From assembly GCA_903852325.1 (NCBI GenBank), contig CAINQO010000035.1, positions 34,117-98,116 of the forward strand: a stretch of 64,000 nucleotides of DNA, read 5' to 3'. The stretch's first letter is position 1, and every line of letters starts with the position of its first letter. The position numbers were made by a program, and so were the translations under genes. Source of the DNA: Candidatus Omnitrophota bacterium. GTDB lineage: Bacteria; Omnitrophota; Gorgyraeia; Gygaellales; Profunditerraquicolaceae. The notes beneath the pieces were generated by a model that saw only the letters and a list, made by a program, of their open reading frames with translations, was not told the origin of the DNA and made no database searches. Below, in pieces: positions 55,646-64,000 of the stretch.

Positions 55646-56203
55646 ATGGATATTCTGTTGCACATCTGCTGCGGGCCTTGTTTGATTTATCCTTTCGGCA
55701 AATTAAAAGAAAAAGGATTTAATATCCGGGGTTATTACTATAATCCCAATCTCTATCCGCAGGATGAATATCTTCGCCGCGTTGAGGCGCTGCAGCTCTT
55801 ATGCCGGGAATTTTCGCTGGAGGTCGCCTATCCCGGGCACAACCCTGAGGATTTTTCCCGGACAGTTAAATCCCTGGAAGATCCTTTGGCAAAACAGCGC
55901 TGCGTTTTATGCTGGTCATTGCGTTTGCGTAAGACCGCCCAGGCGGCCAGGGAAGCCGGCGTAAAAACGTTCAGCACTACTTTATTGGTCAGCCCGTACC
56001 AGGATCATGACGCGTTGCGCCGTTTAGGCACTCAGATCGCCCGGGAAACCGGCGTAGATTTTTATTATGAAGATTTCCGCCCCGGGTTTAAATGGGCGCA
56101 GCAGGAAGCGAAAGATAAAGGTATTTACCGGCAAAAATATTGCGGCTGCGAATATTCCATGGTGAAAACAAAACCGGCCGCACCGGTCCAGGCAAAAAAA
56201 TGA
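55646..56203 (+). CDS. queH: epoxyqueuosine reductase QueH (DUF208)
   Basis: LLHICCGPC start and the later CxxC and CGCEYS motifs. It lies in a locus with queA and tgt. Confidence 0.85.
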   Translation: MDILLHICCGPCLIYPFGKLKEKGFNIRGYYYNPNLYPQDEYLRRVEALQLLCREFSLEVAYPGHNPEDFSRTVKSLEDPLAKQRCVLCWSLRLRKTAQAAREAGVKTFSTTLLVSPYQDHDALRRLGTQIARETGVDFYYEDFRPGFKWAQQEAKDKGIYRQKYCGCEYSMVKTKPAAPVQAKK

Positions 56204-57378
56204 AAGCTAAAATATTACTCTTAATTTTATTTTGCGTTTTAGGCGGGAGGCCCGGGGCTGGGGCTCAGGATGATGCGCTTGGCGTTAAAACGCAGGAACC
56301 GCGGGGGGTCTGGGTATCGGTTTTTTCCGGGAAGAAAATACTTTATTCCGAGCAGGGGGTTTATGACCTGATCGCCCAGTGCAAGAAGGCCAGGATCAAT
56401 GAAATTTACCTGCAAATCTTCCAATCCGGCAACGCTTATTATGATTCCCGGATCGGCGATAAAACAAAATACAGCCAGATGGTCGCTTCTGCCGGCTTAG
56501 ATACCCTGGATTTATTGCTGCGGGAGGCTAGCCAGAGCAATATCAAAGTTTTTGCCTGGGTGAATGTCCTGGGGCTGGGAAGGAATGACAAGGCGGATAT
56601 CCTGAAAAAATACGGTAATTCCATTCTTACCCGCGACCAATACCTGAGGCCGTCGAAGATCTCCACTACTACCGAGCTGGATAAATATTATCAAAGAGAG
56701 GATATGATATTCCTGGAGCCCGGAGACCCTAAAGTGGAAGCTTACGCGCTGACGATCATCAATGAAATCATTAACCGTTATCCGTTGTTCAGCGGAATAC
56801 ACCTGGATTATATCCGTTATCCTTCTCCGGTCCCGTTCCCTCCCGGTTCACGCTTTAATAAGTTCGGTTTAACCTACGGATACGGCCCGGCCAATATCGA
56901 AAGGTTCCGAGAAAAGACCGGGATCAATGTTTTAGATACCCTCAATAACGAGGATGAATATCTGGCTTGGGATAACTGGAAGCGCCAGCAGGTCACGGAT
57001 CTGGTGCGTAAAATTTCCAGCCTGGTTAGAGTCAAGTCTCTGGCTTTAACTGTTTCCTGCGCGGTGGTCCCGGTGGTTGAGCGCGCTTACGCTAATGCGT
57101 TCCAGGACTGGTCGGAGTGGCTGGATGAGGGGATCGTCGATTATGTGGTATTGATGTCCTATACTAAAGACAACCAGTTTGCTAAAGAAGTGGTCAAAAG
57201 CGCCCTGGGCCACCGCGGCAAAGGTAAGATTTATGCCGGGATCGGGGTATTTTTGATGAAAAACAATCCGGATCTGTTTTTTAACCAGTTACACGCGGTT
57301 ACCGCGCTGGCTCCCGACGGCATAGTTTTCTATTCTATCGATGACCTGAACGATCAGATCATCGGCTACCTGGATTAA
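56200..57378 (+). CDS. secreted GHL10 / DUF187 (YngK-like) glycoside-hydrolase-like protein
   Basis: Signal peptide, then RGVWVSVF and a TIM-barrel-like pattern. ATG 56200 overlaps the queH stop (ATGA); the track start at 56140 was rejected. Confidence 0.6.
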   Translation: MKAKILLLILFCVLGGRPGAGAQDDALGVKTQEPRGVWVSVFSGKKILYSEQGVYDLIAQCKKARINEIYLQIFQSGNAYYDSRIGDKTKYSQMVASAGLDTLDLLLREASQSNIKVFAWVNVLGLGRNDKADILKKYGNSILTRDQYLRPSKISTTTELDKYYQREDMIFLEPGDPKVEAYALTIINEIINRYPLFSGIHLDYIRYPSPVPFPPGSRFNKFGLTYGYGPANIERFREKTGINVLDTLNNEDEYLAWDNWKRQQVTDLVRKISSLVRVKSLALTVSCAVVPVVERAYANAFQDWSEWLDEGIVDYVVLMSYTKDNQFAKEVVKSALGHRGKGKIYAGIGVFLMKNNPDLFFNQLHAVTALAPDGIVFYSIDDLNDQIIGYLD

Positions 57379-57415
57379 ACCCAAAGCCACATTTAAATAA
57401 AATAAGACTATCGCA

Positions 57416-58408
57416 ATGTTAAAGCTTGCTGAATTTGACTATCTTCTTTCCAAGGAGCTGATCGCCCAATACCCTTTAGAAAAAAGGGAGGCGGCCAGGC
57501 TTTTAACGGTTAACCGCAAAGACGGCCGGATCAGCCATACGGTGTTCAGCCAGCTCGGGAGTTTTTTGGAAAAAAATGATTTACTGGTGCTTAACGATAC
57601 CAAGGTGCTGCATTGCCGTTTGATCGGGAAGAAGATCACCGGAGGTAAAGTGGAAATTTTGCTTACCCGCCGCTTAAACGGCACCGCTTTTTCCTGCCTG
57701 GTCCAGCCCAGCCGGACCAAGGTGGGGGAAAAGATCCTTTTTGCCGCGGGGGCGATCACCGGAATTTTAAGCGGACGGGGGCAGATCAGTTTTAAACAGG
57801 CGGATGCGGATGCGATTTACGGTTATGGAGTGGTTCCTCTTCCTCCCTATATCAAGCGGGAGCCGGAAGAGCTGGACACCCGGTATTATCAGACGGTTTA
57901 TGCCAGGAACGAAGGGGCGCTGGCCAGCCCCACTGCCGGTTTGCATTTTACGCCGGAAGGCTTAAAACAGCTTCAGGGCGCGGGGGTTAACCTGGCCTAT
58001 GTCACTTTACATGTGGGGTTAGGGACTTTTCGTCCGGTAAAATGTGAAAATATAACCGAGCATAAAATGGAGCCGGAAAGTTTCCTGGTTCCCGACGCGA
58101 CCATTGAGGCGCTGGCGACAGTAAAAGAGCATAAGGGCAGGGTGATTGCCGTGGGTACCACCAGCTTGCGGGCGCTGGAGACTTATGCCTCCGGCAGCAG
58201 GCAGGGGAATACCGATTTATTCATTTACCCGGGATATAAATTCAAATTAGTGGACGCTTTGTTGACCAATTTTCATCTGCCGATGACCACTCTTTTTATG
58301 CTGGTTTGCGCTTTTGCCGGAAAAGAGTTAATGCTTAAGGCGTATCAGGAAGCGGTGGAGCAAAAGTATCGTTTTTACAGCTACGGCGACGCAATGTTAA
58401 TAGTGTAA
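57416..58408 (+). CDS. queA: S-adenosylmethionine:tRNA ribosyltransferase-isomerase
   Basis: FDYLLSKELIAQYP, LPPYIKR and GTTSLRALE motifs. Confidence 0.95.
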   Translation: MLKLAEFDYLLSKELIAQYPLEKREAARLLTVNRKDGRISHTVFSQLGSFLEKNDLLVLNDTKVLHCRLIGKKITGGKVEILLTRRLNGTAFSCLVQPSRTKVGEKILFAAGAITGILSGRGQISFKQADADAIYGYGVVPLPPYIKREPEELDTRYYQTVYARNEGALASPTAGLHFTPEGLKQLQGAGVNLAYVTLHVGLGTFRPVKCENITEHKMEPESFLVPDATIEALATVKEHKGRVIAVGTTSLRALETYASGSRQGNTDLFIYPGYKFKLVDALLTNFHLPMTTLFMLVCAFAGKELMLKAYQEAVEQKYRFYSYGDAMLIV

Positions 58409-58419
58409 ATAATTTTGGT

Positions 58420-58490
58420 TTAGTAGTGAGGGTTAGGCTAGGCAGTGTGTTAAGTAGTGGGGTTGGGTAGTGGGTAATACTCACTACTAA
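58420..58490 (+). repeat. GT-rich stem-loop of the AGTAGTG / GGGTTAGG motif family
   Basis: A perfect 11-bp stem TTAGTAGTGAG/CTCACTACTAA (58420-58430/58480-58490) encloses a 49-nt G/T-rich loop. Positions 58421-58454 match the reverse complement of 21210-21247 at about 27 of 34 positions. Confidence 0.5.
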
Positions 58491-58517
58491 TACATTTCTG
58501 AATTTTAGGGTTAATAA

Positions 58518-60307
<1,790 letters not shown>

Positions 60308-60314
60308 GGAAAAG

Positions 60315-60432
60315 TTTCGCCTCAGATTCTGCGTCAAAATTCTCTGGAATTTTGACGCATTCGGCGAAATAAATTCGCAGACGGCCTGGCGGCCTACGAC
60401 TTACGTCGCTGCCGCTTCCGTAAGTCGTCTGC
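60315..60432 (+). promoter_or_regulatory. structured trmD-rplS spacer (candidate L19 leader / attenuator)
   Basis: Hairpin I has outer stem TTTCGCC/GGCGAAA and a perfect 13-bp inner stem TGCGTCAAAATTC/GAATTTTGACGCA (60330-60359). Hairpin II is GCAGA+CGACTTACG / CGTAAGTCG+TCTGC (60377-60432) with an inserted GGCC-tggc-GGCC mini-hairpin. Confidence 0.5.
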
Positions 60433-60461
60433 TCATTTAAGAAAGGGAAGGAGTAATAAGC

Positions 60462-60818
60462 ATGGACATTAAATCAATTGAGGCAGGTTTTACGAGAAAA
60501 GAGATGCCGGCGATCAATGTCGGGGATACGGTGAAGGTAATGACCAGGATCCCCGAAGGGCCGGATAAGTTCCGCTTGCACCCGTTTGAGGGAGTGGTGA
60601 TCGCTAAAAGCGGTTCGGGCACCAAGCTTAATTTTACGGTGAGAAAAGTTTCTTCCGGCGAGGGGGTCGAAAGGGTGTTCCCGCTGTATTCGCCGGTAAT
60701 CGACCGGATCGAGATCATCCGTTTAGGTAAGGTTAAACGCGCCAAGCTCTACTACCTAAGAGAGAAAATCGGCAAGCATGCCACTAAGATCGAAGTCAAA
60801 GAAGAAAAAGTCCAGTAG
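60462..60818 (+). CDS. rplS: 50S ribosomal protein L19
   Basis: The GDTVKV...RLHPFEGVVIAK...FTVRK pattern; SD is GGGAAGGAG. Confidence 0.95.
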   Translation: MDIKSIEAGFTRKEMPAINVGDTVKVMTRIPEGPDKFRLHPFEGVVIAKSGSGTKLNFTVRKVSSGEGVERVFPLYSPVIDRIEIIRLGKVKRAKLYYLREKIGKHATKIEVKEEKVQ

Positions 60819-61434
60819 CCCCATATCCTACGAAAAAAAACTTAAGCACCAGGGCTATGATTTAATTATCGGCTTGGATGAGGTAGGGCGCGGTTCTTTA
60901 GCCGGCCCTGTAGCCGCGGCTGCGGTCTGGTTGAAAGATTTTAAATTCAAGCACCGGGTAGATGATTCCAAAAAATTGACCCCGGAAAGAAGAGCGCGCG
61001 CTTTTTCCGAAATAAAAAGCAAATCTTTATACGCCATTGCCCTGATCAACCACCGCAAGATCGACCAGGTCAACATCCATCAGGCGACCATTTTAGCCAT
61101 GCAAAAAGCGGTGGCGCAGCTGTCCCGGCAATTAAGCGCTGAAGAATTAAAACGCGCTTTTGTGCTTATCGACGGCAACTTGCGGATCGAATTAGAGCTG
61201 CCTTACCGCAGCATCGTCGGGGGGGATGCCAAATCGCGCAGTATCTCCGCGGCGAGCATCCTGGCTAAGGTGTACCGGGACCAAATTATGGGTATCTTTG
61301 ACGGGCTTTACCCGGAATACGGATTTATCAGGCACAAAGGTTACGGGACTGCCCTGCATTTAAGGGCGATCAGGGAAAAAGGCCCGGCAGCCATCCATCG
61401 CAAAAGTTTTATCGAGTGGGCAGGGAAAACTTAG
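60778..61434 (+). CDS. rnhB: ribonuclease HII
   Basis: IGLDEVGRGSLAGPV and the DSKKLT motif. The start overlaps rplS by 41 nt and is uncertain. Confidence 0.88.
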   Translation: MPLRSKSKKKKSSSPISYEKKLKHQGYDLIIGLDEVGRGSLAGPVAAAAVWLKDFKFKHRVDDSKKLTPERRARAFSEIKSKSLYAIALINHRKIDQVNIHQATILAMQKAVAQLSRQLSAEELKRAFVLIDGNLRIELELPYRSIVGGDAKSRSISAASILAKVYRDQIMGIFDGLYPEYGFIRHKGYGTALHLRAIREKGPAAIHRKSFIEWAGKT

Positions 61435-61796
61435 ATTTCGCAAAAACCGCGGAAGACGCGGCCGCCGGATTTATAAAGGCTAAAGGATATAAGATCCTTG
61501 AGCGTAATTATAGAAATAAATTCGGGGAGATCGATATTATCGCCCGGGAGAAGGGGGTGATCTGTTTCCTGGAGGTTAAGGCCAGGCGCAGCCGGCAATG
61601 CGGGGCGCCGGAAGAAGCGGTTGGCGCCATGAAACAAAAGCAGATCTGCCGGGTGGCGGTCAGTTATTTAAAATCCAAAAACTCCCTTGCGCTTCCGGCG
61701 CGTTTTGATGTCGTAGCGCTTTTATATTCCGGGAATCTCCCGGAGATAGCGTTGATCAAAAACGCTTTTGAATTAAACCCGGATTTTACCATTTAA
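61416..61796 (+). CDS. yraN: YraN family (UPF0102) endonuclease-like protein
   Basis: GEIDIIAREKGVICFLEVKAR motif; the exact start is uncertain. Confidence 0.8.
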   Translation: MGRENLDFAKTAEDAAAGFIKAKGYKILERNYRNKFGEIDIIAREKGVICFLEVKARRSRQCGAPEEAVGAMKQKQICRVAVSYLKSKNSLALPARFDVVALLYSGNLPEIALIKNAFELNPDFTI

Positions 61797-61799
61797 ATT

Positions 61800-62363
61800 A
61801 TGAAATATAAAACCCAGAGCCTGACTCAGTACTTAAAAGACCTTTCCGCCAAGCTTCCCGCTCCGGGAGGCGGATCCGCGGCGGCATTTACCGCCGCGAT
61901 GGGGTCAGCGTTGCTGAGCATGGTGGTGAATTTTACTTTAGGCAAACCTAAGTACGCGCGTTTTGAGAAAGAATTAACTCTGATCCTGTCTAAGACAGAG
62001 GCTTTCCGGAAAGAATTCCTGGAATTGGTGGATGCGGATGTCGCCGCCTACCGCAGTAAGAATATCAGAAAAGCTTTGGCCGTGCCCCTGAAAGTGGCGC
62101 GGCTTTGTATCCGGGCGCTGGATTTGTGCCTGCCGCTGGCAAAAAAAGGAAATGTTAATTTGGTCAGTGATGTGGCGGTAGCGGCTGATCTTCTGGAGTC
62201 CGCTTTTTCCGCCGCCGCTTTTAATGTTAGAATTAACCTGAAAAATTTAGGGGACCAGAAGCTTACGCAAAAGACGCGCCAGGAACTTGAGCGGATGCAT
62301 AAGATCGCGCGTGAGATCCGCAAGGATACGGAGGAGAGGGTTGGCAAAGTTATTAGAGGGTAA
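61800..62363 (+). CDS. cyclodeaminase/cyclohydrolase family protein (FTCD C-terminal-like, methenyl-THF cyclohydrolase candidate)
   Basis: LSAKLPAPGGGSAAAFTAAMGSALLSMV motif; directly upstream of folD. Confidence 0.75.
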   Translation: MKYKTQSLTQYLKDLSAKLPAPGGGSAAAFTAAMGSALLSMVVNFTLGKPKYARFEKELTLILSKTEAFRKEFLELVDADVAAYRSKNIRKALAVPLKVARLCIRALDLCLPLAKKGNVNLVSDVAVAADLLESAFSAAAFNVRINLKNLGDQKLTQKTRQELERMHKIAREIRKDTEERVGKVIRG

Positions 62364-63186
62364 GGAAGTCGCGGATAAGATCAAACAGGAGCTTAAAGCC
62401 AGCGTCCCGGGCTTAAAAAATCCTCCGGTATTGGCCAGCATTTTAGTGGGAGATAATCCCAGCGCGGTAGCTTATGTAAAGACCCAGGCTAAAACCGCTG
62501 CCAGCCTGGGGATTGTTTATAAACTGCATCAGTTTCCTACGATCAGCGAGGAACAATTAATCGATTTTGTGCTTAAGCTTAATGATGACCCCTCGGTTAA
62601 CGGGATCATTCTTCAGGTTCCGCTGCCTAAAGAGATCGACTATATGACCGTTTGCGAATTTATCCTTCCCCATAAAGATATTGAAGGGATGCATCCGACC
62701 AATATCGGTAAAGTGCTTTTTGGCCGGGCCAGGATCGCTGCCTGCACCGCTAACGCCGTAATTGAGCTTTTGAATTCTACCGGAGTGGATTTATACGGGA
62801 AAGAAGTAGTGGTCGTTGGCCACAGCGAGATCGTCGGCAAACCTTTAGCGATGCTCCTTTTGGAAAAGTTTGCCACGGTCACTATCTGCCATATCGCTAC
62901 CAGTCAGGCCGGTAAATTAAAAGAGCACGTGCAAAGGGCGGAAATCCTGATCGTGGCGGTGGGCCATCCGGGTTTAATCAAGGGGGAATGGGTAAGGCCG
63001 GGCGCGATTGTCGTGGATGTGGGCATGAATCATGTGGAGAATGATAGGATCGTCGGGGACGTGGAGTTTGATGCGGCCAAGGAACGCGCTGCCTACATTA
63101 CCCCGGTGCCTGGCGGAGTGGGCCCGATCACTGTCGCGATTTTAATGCGTAACCTTGTGGAAGCAGCCAAAGAGCAGCAGTCCTAA
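62341..63186 (+). CDS. folD: bifunctional methylene-THF dehydrogenase / methenyl-THF cyclohydrolase
   Basis: LLEGKEVADKIK start and the VGHSEIVGKPLAMLL and PVPGGVGP motifs. TTG 62341 with GGAGGAG upstream is preferred over the track ATG at 62287. Confidence 0.9.
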   Translation: MAKLLEGKEVADKIKQELKASVPGLKNPPVLASILVGDNPSAVAYVKTQAKTAASLGIVYKLHQFPTISEEQLIDFVLKLNDDPSVNGIILQVPLPKEIDYMTVCEFILPHKDIEGMHPTNIGKVLFGRARIAACTANAVIELLNSTGVDLYGKEVVVVGHSEIVGKPLAMLLLEKFATVTICHIATSQAGKLKEHVQRAEILIVAVGHPGLIKGEWVRPGAIVVDVGMNHVENDRIVGDVEFDAAKERAAYITPVPGGVGPITVAILMRNLVEAAKEQQS

Positions 63187-63221
63187 GGGAACATCTCCTT
63201 AAATCACCCAAAATTAAGCCA

Positions 63222-64000
63222 ATGACCTTTAAAGAAAAAATCCAGGCGGGTAAATTTTTACTTACTTCCGAGGTGGGGCCGGAAAAAGGGATTCACGCAG
63301 ACAGGTTATTAAAAGACGCCGAGCTGATCCGCAATAAAGTCGACGCGATTAACGTTACGGACTTGCAGAGCTCGGTAATGCGCCTGGGCTCATTGACCGT
63401 AAGTTTCCTGCTCAAACAAAAAGGTTTTGAACCGATTTATCAGCTGACCTGCCGGGACCGCAACCGCCTGGCGCTGCAATCCGACCTGCTTTCGGCCGGC
63501 GCTTTGGGGATCCAGAATATCCTTATTGCTACCGGAGACCATCCCAGTTTAGGTGACCATCCCCAGGCAAAACCGGTGTTTGACCTGGATTCGGTGCAAT
63601 TGATCCAGGTGGCTAAAAAACTGGAATCAGGTTTCGATATGCAGGGGCATAAGTTAGACGGAGAGCCTCCGGAATTCTGCGTGGGGGCGGTGGTTAATCC
63701 CGGCTCCGACCCTTTGGAGCCGCAAATAATGAAAATGGAGAAAAAATTTGCCGCCGGCGCGGAATTTTTCCAGACCCAGGGGGTTTTTGACCTGGCTGCT
63801 TTCGAAAACTTTATCTCTCGGACCAGGCATATCAAGGCCCCGGTGGTGGCCGGAATAATTTTACTCAAGTCGGCGGCGATGGCCCGTTATATGAACAAGC
63901 ACGTTGCCGGAATCAGCGTTCCGGATAATTTGATCCAGGAAATGCAGGAAAGTAAGGACAAAACGGCAACTTCTATCCAAATTGCCAGCCGACTGATCAA
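63222..64000 (+). CDS. metF: 5,10-methylenetetrahydrofolate reductase, N-terminal ~259 codons (3' end outside window)
   Basis: Hand translation gives MTFKEKIQAGKFLLTSEVGPEKG...LTCRDRNRLALQSDLL...AEFFQTQ, which stays open to the window edge. It is absent from the ORF track because it has no stop. Confidence 0.85.
   Translation, partial: MTFKEKIQAGKFLLTSEVGPEKGIHADRLLKDAELIRNKVDAINVTDLQSSVMRLGSLTVSFLLKQKGFEPIYQLTCRDRNRLALQSDLLSAGALGIQNILIATGDHPSLGDHPQAKPVFDLDSVQLIQVAKKLESGFDMQGHKLDGEPPEFCVGAVVNPGSDPLEPQIMKMEKKFAAGAEFFQTQGVFDLAAFENFISRTRHIKAPVVAGIILLKSAAMARYMNKHVAGISVPDNLIQEMQESKDKTATSIQIASRLI

Noticed and set aside
56140-56199. Upstream extension of the GHL10-like ORF. Similar track extensions occur at 62287-62340 (folD), 47126-47152 (proS), 21277-21315 and 5700-5723.
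   Set aside because: The extensions overlap the preceding genes and encode non-homologous, Arg-rich or odd sequence. The downstream starts give canonical N-termini, signal peptides or SD contexts.

Overview
All of roughly 65 credible protein-coding genes in this window lie on the + strand. The minus-strand ORFs in the track all look like antisense shadows of those genes. I found no rRNA, tRNA, CRISPR array, transposase or prophage signature.

Gene content is core housekeeping from a diderm (LPS-making) bacterium that I cannot place taxonomically from sequence alone:
- Shikimate genes and neighbours: aroC', spoVG, aroK, then dprA-topA-xerC.
- A large lipid A / Kdo / inner-core LPS locus: waaA, lpxK, an LpxL-ELM1 fusion, six GT4/GT9 glycosyltransferase domains packed into four genes, a heptose-7-P kinase, kdsB-kdsA-kdsD-kdsC, lptC/A and lptB.
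- tig-clpP, a serine pathway (class V aminotransferase plus serA), purA, and a GH57 branching enzyme with its DUF4912 partner.
- uppS-cdsA-dxr-rseP-ispG, an orphan CpaF-like ATPase, proS, rimP-nusA-infB, trpS, scpA, ruvB.
- Queuosine genes (queH, queA, tgt), trmD-rplS-rnhB-yraN, and a THF one-carbon cluster (cyclohydrolase-like, folD, metF').

The unusual material is in the intergenic spaces. First, seven gene starts share a nearly identical translation-initiation string, GAAGG(T/A/G)GCGGG(A/G)TGA. Six of these have an upstream 16S-like anti-SD arm (CCCCGCACCTTCTTC) that pairs over 13-14 bp with the SD and start codon. In three loci a short conserved uORF (NPAPS...RF...KKEGAG) reads through both arms and stops on the downstream start codon. 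This looks like an undescribed ribosome-relay / translational-coupling or 5'-UTR cassette family. Second, a structured leader of about 110 nt with compensatory stem changes is shared by clpP and queH. Third, there is a GT-rich AGTAGTG/GGGTTAGG hairpin repeat family with two copies. Fourth, there is an inverted heptamer-array hairpin. Fifth, there is a structured trmD-rplS spacer.

Product calls rest on motifs I recognise by eye; no database search or folding program was run.
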